A DNA stretch of 64,000 nt from Felis catus (taxonomy: Eukaryota): NCBI RefSeq assembly GCF_018350175.1, contig NC_058382.1, positions 56,360,001 to 56,424,000 of the forward strand, written 5' to 3'. A program made the position numbers and the translations under genes. This document shows, piece after piece, positions 10,770-23,164 of the stretch. The notes beneath the pieces were generated by a model. The model ran no database searches and was not told the origin of the DNA. It saw only the letters and a program-made list of their open reading frames with translations. Each line of letters opens with the position of its first letter. Position 1 is the stretch's first letter.

Positions 10770-12697
10770 TAAGCAAGCAGGAGAAAAGAAATAAAAATGA
10801 AATCAAAGCTAAAATAAACTTAACTATAAACAGGAAAACAATAGAAAAATCAACAAAACTAAAAGATGCTTCTTTTAAACAATGAATACAATTGTTAAGC
10901 CTCTAAAGATATAAATTACCAATATCATAAATCAAAGAAAGATCATCACTACTGTCACACGGACATTAAAAAGATAACAAAGGAATACCATTAGTATTGT
11001 GGCCTCCAAACTTGCTACGTTAGATGAAAAACCAATTCCCTGAAAGACATAAATTGTTTAAACTTATATAAGGAGAAGTAGATAACCTGAATAGCCCTAG
11101 ACTTACTAAATACATTAAATCAATAATTGATAACCTACCAAAAAAGGAAGCATCAAGTTCAGATGGTTTACTGATAAATTCTACTAAGCATTAGGCCCAG
11201 ATGGTTTCACTGGTGAATTCTGCCAAACGTTTAAAGGCGAAGTAATGCTAATAACTCACAATCTCCTCCAGAATATAGAAGCAGAGAAAACACTTACTAA
11301 CTCATTCTATGATACCAGCACCCACCACCCCAATAGTCAAACCTGATAAGGGCATTAGAAGAAAGGAAAATACAAACCAATATCTCTGTGAACATAGATG
11401 CAAAATTTCCCCAAATATTAGCAAATCAAATCCAACAATGTATACGTAGAATTATATTCATGTCCCAGTGGAATTTATTTCAAGTATGTAAAGCTGGTTC
11501 AACATTTGAAAATCAGTGCAATCTATTATATCAACAGGATGAAGAGAAAGATTCTATAATTATGTCAATTAATCTAGAATAAATATGACAGAATTCAATG
11601 CCAATTCATAATCAGCAAACTAGGAAGAGGATAGTTCTCTCAACTTGACAAAGAACGTCTACAAAAAACCTATAGGTAACGTCAAACCTACAGATGATAG
11701 ACTGGATGCTTTCCCGTTAATATCAGGTAAAAGGCAAGGGTGTTACCTCTCACCACTCCTACCAAACATTGTGCTATAAATTCTAGATAATACAATGGAA
11801 AGAAAAAGTATACATATTGGAAAAGAAGAAATAAAACTGTCCTTATTTGCCAATGGCATGATTACCTATGTAAAAATCCCCAAAGAGTCTACAACATAGC
11901 TATTTGAGTATAGCAAGGCCATGAGGTATGAGATCAATGTACAAAAGTCAACTGATGGCCTATATGATTAGGTATAGTACTTAGTACAAATCTAATAATA
12001 TGTATGCTGAAAGCTACAAATTGCTGATGAAAGAAATCAAAGAATATCTAAATAGATGAAAAGATGTCCCATGTTCATGATTTGTAAGACTCAATGTTGT
12101 TATGAGGTCAGTTCTTCCTACTTGATTTATAGACTTAATGCAATCCTTACCAAAATCCTAACAAGATAGCTTGTAGATATCAACATACCGATTCTAAAAT
12201 TTATATGGAAAGATAAAAGATTTAGAATAGCCAACACAATGTTTAAGGAGAAGAACAAAGTTGGAGGATTCACATTACTCAATTTCAAGACAGTATAAAG
12301 CTTGAATTAGGTAGTGTGAGTAATCAAGATAGTGTGGTAACCATAAAACTTGACACAGGATCCAAGGGTAGGATACATAATGTGGCAAAAGAATCTAACA
12401 GAAAGGAGTAGAGGAAAAACTGATGACTTAAATAGTTTGGAAATGAGTGAAATCCCTCAGACTGAAAAGAAATGGAACTATATATAGCATTGAACTGTAG
12501 TTGGTAAAGTTCTTCCCTGTGAGGGTACAGGTTAACAATTCTGAAACTATAACATATGTGTACTGGAATTGAGCAATTAAAGTATTTCAGTAGAGGATAG
12601 TGTGAGTCAGGTTTCTCACTGTTGGCGTGAGAGTCTACAGACAAGCAAAGGGGGGAAGCTAGACTGATCTATGTGTAAAGGAATAGTGTTGAAGACC
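10770..12697 (+). mobile_element. Old L1 (L1MC/L1MD-like): decayed ORF2 RT region joined to 3' UTR
   Basis: A-rich ORF2 remnants (MNIDAK..ILANQIQQ, aggcaagggtgt..ctctcaccactcct); RT motif reads LFANGMI instead of LFADDMI at 11843-11863; many stops and frameshifts. Confidence 0.9.
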
Positions 12698-12699
12698 AC

Positions 12700-12820
12700 A
12701 TTGAACCATGCTGGCTCTGATACTCTACTCTCATCATCTTGAAATTCTTAATAATTTTTGAGCAAGGAGCCCTGCATTTTCATTTTCTACTGGGCCCTTA
12801 CAATGATGTAACCAATATTG
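12700..12820 (+). mobile_element. MER45A-like hAT-Tip100 MITE fragment
   Basis: tcttgaaattcttaataatttttgagcaaggagccctgcattttcattttctactgggccc. Confidence 0.7.
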
Positions 12821-12829
12821 CATTTAACA

Positions 12830-13283
12830 ACCATTCTGTCAATGCTGATGTTCCCTAGGACTCCAGGTGTGGCTCCTTTCTTCTTCACATTCTACCCTCT
12901 CTGTGGTCACCCTCACCCATTTTCATGACTTCAACTTAGCCTAGGACCTTGACAACTGGTACGTTGATAGCTTTACTCACCTGAGTTCTACTGATCTCCA
13001 GACTTGAATTTCCAACTCCTTGATTCATGTCTCCAGATCTCTTAAACTTACCATATCTACAAAAGAGTTCATTATTTATTTTCCTAGTCTCTAAAACTGC
13101 TACTTTTGCAACATATATAATATACATAAAAATCCTGAATCAAGAAAATAAAAAAAGGGCACCTGGATGGCTCAGTCAGTTAAGCATCTTTTGGTTTTTG
13201 CTCACGTCATGATCTCATGGTTTGTGAGTTCAAGCCCCACATCAGACTCCATGCTGACAATGCAGAGCCTGCCTGGGATTCTC

Positions 13284-13342
<59 letters not shown>

Positions 13343-14110
13343 CTCCTCCCTTCACTCTCTTTGTCTCTCTCTCAAAAATAATAAATAAACTTAAACCAAA
13401 ATTTAAAAAACAAATCTCAGAATCACCATGGAAACTTTTCTCTCCCTTACCCCCTTTCAACTATAATCTAAGGCTTGCTAGTTTGATCTAAAAATTCCTC
13501 TGCATCAGTTCATATTCTCTGTCTTCACTGTACTCCATTATCCCCCCTCCAGGACACAATAGGAGAAACCTTCTGCCTCCTGTACTTCTCTGTCCTGATC
13601 CAACTAATGTCAAAATTCCCTCCAGAATAATTTTACTAAAACTCATGTCAGATACCAATCTCCTGCTTACCATCCTCAGCGGTCTGACACTGAGTATGGG
13701 TAAAGTTTAAACTCTTCAGTGGCTTAGCAGGCTCTCAGTCTCACCTGGGCACCCTACCTTCCTGCCACCTTGACTTCTAGCCTCCCCACCCCATCTTTCC
13801 TGGGTATGATACTACAATTCCGTATGTACTCTCCACCTGGGATGCTGCCACACATTCAACGTACTCTCTCTACCTGGACTGTCTGTGTCCCCCTTCTGTA
13901 CTAGGCTTCCCTGAAGCTTCTTGTGCCCACTGGAGCTTCTTATCATCCAGCTTTTGTTCTCCTCTAACCCATTCTCCACCCAGAAGCCAGATGGAGCTCT
14001 CCACACCATAGATCTTGTTCTTTCACTCCCTTCTTCAAATCATTCAAGTGGATCCCTGCTTCCCACAGAAGAAAGTCCCAAAGCTTAACAGGCTTATAAA
14101 GCCCTATAGG
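12830..14110 (+). mobile_element. Decayed L2 fragments interrupted by a SINE
   Basis: Pyrimidine-rich L2-like text such as tctcttaaacttaccatatctacaaa and ccattctccacccagaagccaga; boundaries approximate. Confidence 0.55.
13157..13415 (+). mobile_element. CanSINE with expanded (CT)n
   Basis: gggcacctggatggctcagtcagttaagc head, B box gagttcaagcc, (CT)n at about 13280-13340, A-rich tail. Confidence 0.95.
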
Positions 14111-14829
14111 AAATTAATAGTCCCATCAGGATATGGACACATAATTGAATAACAGTGATACAACGTGCTCCATGACAAAGGTGTGATCCACGAGCCAACT
14201 GCTTCAACAAAGTTTTCCAGAGTGTACCCTCCCCCAAATAATGAATTCAAGTTGTTGGAATTCTCCTTGTCCCTCATTTTGACTTCCTTGCCATCGTTCT
14301 CCTCTGAGTCGCTCGGTCACTGGTCCCTCCTGCAGTGCACACACCCATGTAACATGCAGCTATAGGGTTATGGCCATCATTGCCTAAATGTGGAAACTGA
14401 TTTTTTTTTTTTAAGTAGCACATGTAAAATAAAGTGGAATTTGGACAAGAAATTCCAAGGAATATTTTCTAAGAGGAGTTGATAAGTTGCAAGGAAGCAG
14501 TCGCTTTTTTCCAGAATAGCCTTGGAAAAATAAAAGCTCAAACTACTTAGTCTAACGAAAATAAAATCAGTAAGAAGCTTTTTGCAAAACAAGCAAACAG
14601 AAAAAGATTTGTGGTTCATTGACATAGCCATTGACATTTGGGAACCCTATCCTTTCTAAATAAAACTAGCCAAAAAAAAAAAAAAAGAGGTTTAGTCTCT
14701 TTGTAAATGTGCATGAGGAATATCATTTATGATTAAACTGTTATGAGGAATATACTCATAACTGCAGGAAATTCTTACCACATCTTTCTAAAATTACTAT
14801 TTGATATTTTATATGCCAAAAATGACTTT

Positions 14830-15175
14830 GTGAAATAGTGTTCTCTTGGAAACCACCTAATGGCCTACATAAGGAAGTCATTAAATAAGTCATAAATGGA
14901 GTAGATATGATGGACAATTATGCAGTCATTAAGATTTGTGTTCTTAAAGAAATTTCCCTTTTTAAGGAAAATGCACAAAAATATTACTTGGGGAAAATAC
15001 AGGTTACAAAACAGTATTATACTATTGTTCCAGTTTTATTTAAAAATTATGTCTATACAGCAAAATGTTACTAGTAGGATATCAAATAGGCTGGTATTTA
15101 AAGGAGATTCCTTTTAAATCTTCGAACATTTTGTATTAAATCAAATTCTCCATAATGATCATGTATTATTTTAAA
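14830..15175 (+). mobile_element. Old L1ME-like 3' fragment
   Basis: tggaaaccacctaatggcc...attatgcagtcattaag...aggttacaaaacagtat...catgtattatttt. Confidence 0.55.
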
Positions 15176-15292
15176 CGTGGCTGTTTAATTGATGGTCCAT
15201 TCTCAGACACTTTTGAGAATGAATGAAGGATCTCTAGTAACAGCGTCACCAGGACCACAGACAAAACTGGACTGTTTTGGACAAACACGATA

Positions 15293-15660
15293 CATGTTTG
15301 GTTGGTTGAACTGTTCCCCAAAATCCATACACGTTGGAGCCCTAATCCCTAGTACTTGAAAATGTGAAGGTTACCGCAGATGTAATTAATTAGGAAGGGG
15401 CCATACTGGAATGGGGTGGGCCCCTAGCCAATATAACCAATTTTCTTATAAAAAGGAGAAATTTGGACATATACACACAAGAAGAATGACATATGAATGT
15501 GGAGGCAGAGGTTGGGATGGTGCGTCTACAAGCCAAGGAGCACCAGTGATTGCCAGGAAACCACAAGAGTTTACTGGGGAGGCATGGAGCAGAAACTCCC
15601 TCAGAGTCTCAGAAGGAACCAAGCTTGCCATCCCTTTGATCTAGGACTTCTGATTTGCAA
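15293..15660 (+). mobile_element. MaLR LTR (MLT1B/C-like)
   Basis: tacaagccaaggagcaccagtgattgccaggaaaccac...ccctcagagtctcagaaggaaccaa...ttgatctaggacttctg. Confidence 0.85.
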
Positions 15661-15722
15661 CAGGGAAGGCAGAGAAAATGAAGTTTCACTGAGTAAAAGG
15701 AATTTGTTCACTGAACTAGTAT

Positions 15723-16117
15723 TGTGCAGAATTGTTTTATCACTCAAAAATATTTGCATCTCCTCTGTGTCTGGCCCCTCCTGGGAAGCCCTGCCCTGGT
15801 GAGATCAGGCTTGAACACATGACTTGCTTCAGGAAATGAAGTATGAGTGGAAGTCACATGTGCCACTTAAAAGTGGGAGCTTGAAAGGCCATGCTATGGT
15901 TCAGCCATCTTTGCCCTTGGCCTTGAGACCAGAATATCCTGAAGAGGAGATGCTTCTTTAGCCTGGACCCTAAAATGAAGAAAACCCAGAGCCAGCTTGT
16001 AACTGACCCGCAATATACCTGTAACATGAGATAGAAATAGATCTGAGCCAATGTGATTCACTAAAATGATGACATCATGTGTTGCCCTCGCACAATTTAG
16101 CATAAGCTGACTAATAA
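15723..16117 (+). mobile_element. MaLR LTR (MLT1H/I/J-like)
   Basis: catgacttgcttc..aatgaagtatgagtggaagtcacatgtgccact...agcctggaccc...aacatgagatagaaata...ctgactaata. Confidence 0.75.
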
Positions 16118-17249
16118 AACATTTGCTAAGCAGCTATCACATAGGTGCTGGGGACAAAGTAATAAATTATACACAGATTCTGCCATCCAGGAGCTGACAT
16201 TAAATGGTATATCATTTGCCTGTAAAATATGAAGATTTTTGGCCCCAGGTGTGTTCTACTTTTTTTTTTTTTTTTGGTAACACCTGCAAGTAAATGTTAA
16301 ACCATGTTATTCTGATAGATTTTTTAGAGAAAAAAAAATCTTGAAGTGCTCTCATATTCAAAGTCGTTCATGGAATCTTGAACTACATGTACAGATATAA
16401 AGTTTGCCAATTAAAATTTTATGGTTTAGGGAAAGAAACTCCTGTGAAAAATAAACCTAAGCTAATTATTCCATTATTTAATTCTCATTTGGAAAATGAG
16501 ATATTCAGACACTATTAAAAGTTACATTAAGGGGTAAAAACCACTTCTGTGGAAACCGTCAAATTTATTTCATTTACTGTTAAAGAATATTAATTTCAAG
16601 GAGCAAGCTTTGAAAGCAACCAAATAAGTTGTCAAAGGCAAGTAATCCCTCCCTGAGGAATGTTTGAAGGCTACAGATTATATAAGGGGCGTCGTGTCTC
16701 AAGTGCAGGTCGGGGTGGAGGCAGAAGGGTCATGTTCTAAAGTCAGCCTTCTAAAGCAAAAATTGCATGGTGTCAAAATTACCCTTGAAAGTCCCTTACA
16801 TGGCACTTAAATTGCCCAGACCTGGGCCTTTAGAAGTTCAAAAGCAAAGAATTAATGTCTTCTGTGTCTCTGGAGCAATGAAATCCAAGGTCTAACTTGA
16901 AAGGGGCAAAAGACAATGGGGAAAACAAAGGGTCTTCCTCTCATGGTCTTCTGTTCTTTCTCCAAGCGCTTCTCCCTCAAGCCCCTCTCTCCTCTCCTTG
17001 TTCCCCTAAATACTTGCACACCAATGAAGTCAAATGAGTGACATGTGCACATTAAGCAACCCCAGTCTTTAGTTTCATTTAAAAACGTAAAAGGAAATGT
17101 ATTGGGAGCCCATTATCTATGCTATCCTGGGAGAGATGCTGAGGAGAGAAAGGGAAAAACAAAAAAAACAAAAAAAAACCCCCACCAAGATGAAAAAGAA
17201 ACACAAAGGAGCAGGCAAGAGTGAAATCCAACCAGATACTACGAAAGCA

Positions 17250-17705
17250 AGAACCTGGCCCAATCTAGGTGCCAGTAACATGGCAACACAGTTAAACAGA
17301 CAAGGAAAGCTTTATGTAAGACTACTGCCCTGGAGTCTTAAAGTTAACCCTGCTTAAACAAAAAGCAGGAGGCGTTTGAAGCCCCAGGGTGAGCTAGTGG
17401 AAAAATACCAAAGGACATTAAGGGGTAGCATGACCAATGTGCTTGGGCCCCGAGAGACAGGGGCACTATCTCCTTCAGTGATTACCCATCAGAGGAATGG
17501 TTTGCAGGTCCTCGAGAAGGACATCTCTGGGTGGTGAAACTGGCAGAAACTGGGAGACGATTTACACTTGAAAGGGCAGAGAAAGAATTACAGCTGCAAG
17601 TTTTCTAAGGTAAATTCTTTAAGAAAAGGGGGTGAGGGACCTATGGTTAGGAAGAAACCTGTCTAAAGCTTAATCAAGCCAAGGGGGAATGTTAAGGCTA
17701 TCCGA
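17250..17705 (-). mobile_element. ERV1 solo LTR (MER67-like)
   Basis: aaagggcagagaaagaattac..tgcaagttttctaaggtaaattctttaagaaaaggg...gaagaaacctgtctaaagcttaatcaagc..ggggaatgttaaggc; left boundary uncertain. Confidence 0.7.
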
Positions 17706-17727
17706 GGTAAGCACAGATGCTATGAAC

Positions 17728-17912
17728 AGAAGTTCTCAAATCTTGACCGCACTTCAGGATTGCCTGAGCTTTAAAAAATCTCAATGTCGAAGACATATCC
17801 CAGATACACTGCAAAACCAATGACATGCAAATCTCGGGGGAGGACTCAGGCATCAGTACGGCTTAAAGCTGCCCAGATGAGTCAAGGTGCAGCCAAGGTT
17901 GAGAACCGGGGC
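17728..17912. mobile_element. MER5A-like hAT-Charlie MITE
   Basis: Terminal inverted ends cagaagttctcaaa ... ttgagaacc; internal ggactcaggcatcagt, gtgcagccaagg. Confidence 0.75.
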
Positions 17913-19719
17913 TACAGGTGCAAAGAAGAGCGTCTGATATGAGTCTGAAGTCTGGGTGGGAACTCTCCAGGGGAGAAAAACATTCTCGATGAAAGGAACT
18001 GCAGTAGCAAAGGTCCTTCAGTAGGAAGAAAGTGGTTTTGTCTGTGCCTTGGATGTAGTGTTGTTATAAATTAAACAATGACCAAGCTCCTTGAGTTGAA
18101 TCGATACACAGTCATAATATATCGGCTCGCTTAGACGTGTCAACACCTTTTTCTCTCTCTTTGTTAAGGGTCACTGATTCTTTAAAAGCATGAGGAGTAA
18201 CGGATTCTATCCGATGATGATTCATTCCATAGTTCCAACATACATCTGTCCCTCACTGAGGTCCTGAAAGCATCTTCCTTTCAAAGGTCTAATCCTAGCA
18301 TTGTGCCTCATACATGGCCCTCTAAAATACACACTGATCTACAAAAGTGACATGTCCTCAGAAGGTACAAGGCATTTCCTTTAGGAAAGTGTTTGCCTGT
18401 GTGTCCAAGCTGAGAAAGGGTGCACTCATAAGCTGAAGAAAATTGATCTTGTTGTGGTTGTTGCACAAAGGCTGATGTTTTCAAAGACTTCAGATAAAAG
18501 GCTCCACAGGCAGCTAACAAGCTCTTAATAGGTCTGGATCAAGGTTTACTCACCTGCTTCCAGGACTTGACTTTGGTGTCTTGATGACAAGAAACCAGGA
18601 TTTGACAGCGTTCATTTTTGTTACCTCCTTCCATAAATTCTATGCTACTCTATTCCTTATTCATTCAGCACCGATGTTTTCATGGCCATAAGACATTTAT
18701 ACTAATTCAGAAGCTTGCCATCAAATAGATAGGCACGTCTGTCTAATCTGGAAGGCAACAGAACCTCTAATTCTGATACTACAGACGAAATTGAAGCCTG
18801 CTTTTTATCCCCACAGTGCTCTTCAAAGGAACAGTTTTTCTAAAATTCAAACAAGGGTGTCTCAGTTAATAAGATGGCATTTTCCTTTTCTTTTTCTTAT
18901 CATCTGTCCAAATCAAGGGCAGTGGATGCCAGACTCCAATGACGTCAGGCTACTGTGGCTCCTTCAAAATGCTACTCTCAATCAGGTTTCTTATTATCCG
19001 ATCCCGATTCCATACATAGTCACGGAAATTGACTTTTTAGATTAATCAGAGTCATTTTTATTGCTTTTTAATAGCTAATTGCCACACAGTCCATCTTGTT
19101 AGCAGTATTGTGATTCAGATCAACCTTTGAGATGAGTACAGATAACAGACTGGCTTTATCAGTTGGGTGTTCTCCTGGGATGATCACCAGCCACATGAGG
19201 AACCATGTGTGGACTCATTGGGTAGGGTGTGGGTGGTGTATGAGATATTAAGGATGCTGCAATTTGGTATCACTTCCTATTTGGGATGAGTCAGAGAGAT
19301 TTTGGAAACATCTTCAAGGCTAACCCGATTTACATTATAGTTACGTTTTAATTGCATTTTAAAGCCTCAATGCAGTTGATTGTGAAAACCGTCACACCAT
19401 TTTTAAGAGAACTGGAGTTTTCTTTTTATGGGAATGCAAAAGGAGCCCTCAGGATAACATCATGTTACCTAAGCAGTGAAGGAGAGATATCTGCTCTCAG
19501 TGTTCCCTCAGATTCTTGTAGAAAAGTTTACCAGGGGTCCCCACTCAACACATGCAGTGGACTCATTTCACCTGTAATGTACCTTTTGATCTTTTCATTC
19601 TTCCATTGAATCATATAGTGATAGAGTTTCAAGCATGGAGCTAGGTGAGTTCTGGGAATGTGATAGAGAAAATAGAGATCCTCCCCTTATCCTGGGAGTT
19701 GGTGGTCTCTTGGGGAACA

Positions 19720-20170
19720 CAAAGAGGCAATCCCAAGCCTCCACCCATCTCGTCTTGTTATTCTTGGCTTTTATCTTCTTCACCAGGACCTCTGGATGCT
19801 TCCTTCACTACTTGTTGGAGAGTTTCTTCTCATAGGGCTTTGCTGGATGTCCTTTTTGCCCTGGAATAATCGAATACTGACTTGCTGGGGTTTCTTCTCT
19901 TCTGGCTTCTATCTCTACTTTGCTCACCCCTCTTGGATCACACTATTTATTCACAGGGCCTTCATTACTACAGAGGCATCAATAATTCACAAGTCTAAAT
20001 TCTGTCCCTCCCCTCTCACTTGAACCCCAGACCTGCTTCACTCTCAACCCCCAGGTAGCCAGAGACCTTGAACTTAACATGTTCCAGTTTGATCCTTCCT
20101 CTCCCTTTCCATGTCTTGTAGTTTATCTTTCTCTGTCTTGGTAAAATCTCCCATTTGCCCAAAGTAGAGG
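19720..20170 (+). mobile_element. Decayed L2 fragment
   Basis: Pyrimidine-rich L2-like text (ctctcacttgaaccccagacc, ccttgaacttaacatgttcc). Confidence 0.5.
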
Positions 20171-21290
20171 ACTGAAAATAATCTGGCTTTTAAAAATACC
20201 CTGGAAAAAAATAGACCATTCATCAGTTTGCTGATTCTATATCTCTAAACAACACTGAATTTCTGTGACTCTAGTTGAGTTAAATTTACTCCTAGCTTTT
20301 TAAAATAAAGCCAATGAAAAACTGAGAAGATTATTACAAAGGCTGCTTTCTGGTGAAGTTGCTGAATCAACAGCTTTATTTTAGTCAAATCACATTTTCA
20401 TATCTCAAAAATACTTTCTGGACAGTTAATGAGTCCCGTGGGGTCAGTACTGTGAGGTTTATGATTTTGTAATGATGATCTAAGGTCTGTGTGAAAAAGG
20501 TAATCAGGTTCATTGGAGAATCAAACTGGTCAAAAGGAGACACTGACGTCTGAATCTGAATCTCTCCCATGAATTTTTTAGCAGGTGTTAAAATAAGACA
20601 TACAAAAAAAGAACCTTTGGAAAATAAGAAACCTGGACTTTTCAAGTGCTGGGACATGGTGGTCACTTTTAAAAGGGATATAACTTTAATTTCTCGTTTG
20701 AATATGCATGATACTGATTTAACCAACTCATGATCTACCAAGCAGGTGAAATTGCATCAAGTTGGGCTGGACCAGTTTTAAGGTTCTTACATAAAGCATG
20801 TTAGCACGTGATCTTAGATATGTCATGATTTAAGTTATGAACTCTGTAAGAAAGCTATATATAAAAAAAGTTTGATTAGTGTGGTTTTCAAGCAGGTTAC
20901 AATTAGGATTATGGTTGTCATAGGGACAGGTCCATGACAATGGAAGTGAAGCATGACAGCTTTGCTTTATCAGAATAGTAATTCCTCATTTTTGTGAATG
21001 TCAGCAAATGAATTTGACCCACCACATGTGGACTTGGATCAAAGGGCACATTTAGCATATGGTCAATGTGGCACTTAGGTGGCCTTTCAAAAGGCCAAGT
21101 CCACAGTGATAACCACCACAATAATCCTGTAAACCTATCCAGCTGCCTTCAATGATGTGACTTATGATTGGAAGGGGAAAAAAAGAAGGGTGATATTTTA
21201 TAAATATCAATTTTCAAAAAATCTCTGATCTGTTGGCATTAACTGATGAGCTCAGAGATGCTTGGAAACCTCCCTGCCTGCACAACAACT

Positions 21291-21304
21291 GTAACCATGG
21301 CAAC
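21291..21304. promoter_or_regulatory. Near-perfect RFX X-box
   Basis: GTAACCATGGCAAC fits GTNRCCATGGYAAC exactly, in unique sequence. Confidence 0.5.
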
Positions 21305-21868
21305 CTGCGTTTTAAAGGATGTTGAAGATGTTTTTAAACATAAGGTGAGAAAAACAGTCTTACACAAATGTTTGCCTGAGACTTCATGTCTAATTCCACC
21401 AGTACACTCGCTGTTCCTTTACGGGGACTTGATGCAATGCTAGAAGATTTCCCGTTGGAGGAAAACCTGGACCACCCAGGGCAGTCACAAATCTGGAGAC
21501 CACTGCATTGCTACAAGAGAGAGATTTGCCTGGGTACCAAGACTCAGTTTGGATACTCCTAGGCTTCCCATACGTTATGCATGAAGTAGATTGGCAACTC
21601 ATTCTTAAAGCTTTTTAATTTTTGATGCTGTTTGTTCTATGTGATTTTTAAAAAGTTTAATTGGACTACCATATATTTTAGAACAAATTAATTAAGAAAG
21701 ACCTCAGATTTCCAAAGCAATGTGCTAATAGCTCTGTTGAGTACTGGATCTGAGTAGACAATAGAGAACAATTGTGCAGTGTTCAGTATTTGAACATTAA
21801 ATTTCGATACTGAATAAATCATCAAATGAATAATACTTTCTTACTAGTCATATTTTATTGTAGTTTTT

Positions 21869-22067
21869 TTAAAGTTTATTTATTTATTATCTTTGAGAGA
21901 GAGCGTGCGCACAAGCAGGGGAGGGGCAGAGAGAGAGGGAGACAGTGTCCAAAGCAGGCTCTGTGCTGACAGCTCAGAGCCTGACATGGGGCTCGAACCC
22001 ACAAACTGTGAGATCATGGCCTAAGCTGAAGGTGGACACTCAAGCCACTGAGCCACCCGGGTGCCCC
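21869..22067 (-). mobile_element. CanSINE
   Basis: Typical body and head; degenerate TSD tttattgtagttttt / tttatttcagttttt. Confidence 0.95.
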
Positions 22068-22160
22068 TTTATTTCAGTTTTTAAACAATTATGATTCTAT
22101 TTGAACAGGGCATAGAATGGGAGCATTTTGAGGAGGCAGATTATAATCAAAGATTCCTAT

Positions 22161-22231
22161 TAACTATTTGGAGCTAGAATAGTTTTTAACTATTTAACTA
22201 TTTGGAGCTAGAATAGTCTTGGAGCTAGAAT
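22161..22231. repeat. Local tandem micro-duplication
   Basis: taactatttggagctagaatagt twice (22161, 22195) plus a third ttggagctagaat (22219). Confidence 0.9.
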
Positions 22232-23164
22232 CATATTTAGTCCAAACAAACACAGATACTAAAGACATTATGGCCTTTTCATTCTTGCTCCTGCTTATTC
22301 ACACCTCATGTCTTGGCAAACCACCAACTTTTTTCTCCCCACCTTGACTCTGCATGGGTTTGCATATTTATAGAGTTAAAGGGTTGCCCACCATGGTTCT
22401 CTTTCTTATCCACACTCTTTATTTCTTACCCATCCATCTCTGTCACTCTCAGAATATAGCTCTCCCCAACTAATTACATTAATCAACAACAAACAGCAAC
22501 TCTAAAAATTCACCAGCATGGGAGTTTCATAAGCCTGAGACACTATGTCAAATAATTCATCATGGCTGTTTGAGGACACTGCGACTCAAAATAAGGTAGC
22601 AATTGAACCAGAGAACAAAGTGGTCACTATTAGTATGACTTTCTTCTATATTTAGGAATTCCTGTTTTGCCATCAACATTGTTTCTGTATACATTGTTTT
22701 CTATCAATACAAATTTCTCTCTCCACTTTCCTGGCTCTAATTTAAAAGTAAGTAAAGCCAGGCAGCTTTCTTTTTGCTCAGGGATTAGGTCTGTTTTACA
22801 AGGAATTAAAGGAAAATAGAACAAACATTGGTTAAATATGAACTACATCTCAGATATGACATTACATATAATCTTGGTACTTCCTTACCCATTGTACATT
22901 CAAGTCCCAATCTCCATGTTACACACAATAAATAACACGCACAGCATTCCATGTGTTCCATACATAAGGTCCAGGAGGTCCAGGCACTGTTGTCATCAAC
23001 ATCATCATCATCTCCTGTGTCATCCCCATAATCATGCCTTTTTTACCTGGTTTCAATGAATCCTTCCAACAAAATGCCAGCCCACTTTATTGTATGCATT
23101 TTACAGATGAAAAAACTAAATTTCAAGGCCACCGAGTGGTTTGCTCAAGAATACATAGCAAGTA

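Noticed and set aside
20472..20559. C/D snoRNA-like box pair (ATGATGA...CTGA); a shorter one near 18214-18267
   Set aside because: No properly placed terminal stem and no rRNA/snRNA guide I can recognise; the motifs are expected by chance. A snoRNA covariance search would settle it.
21956..21982. Apparent micro-inversion of the SINE internal quasi-palindrome (ggctctgtgctgacagctcagagcc in a minus-strand copy)
   Set aside because: More simply explained by a subfamily variant plus point changes in a near-palindromic sequence.
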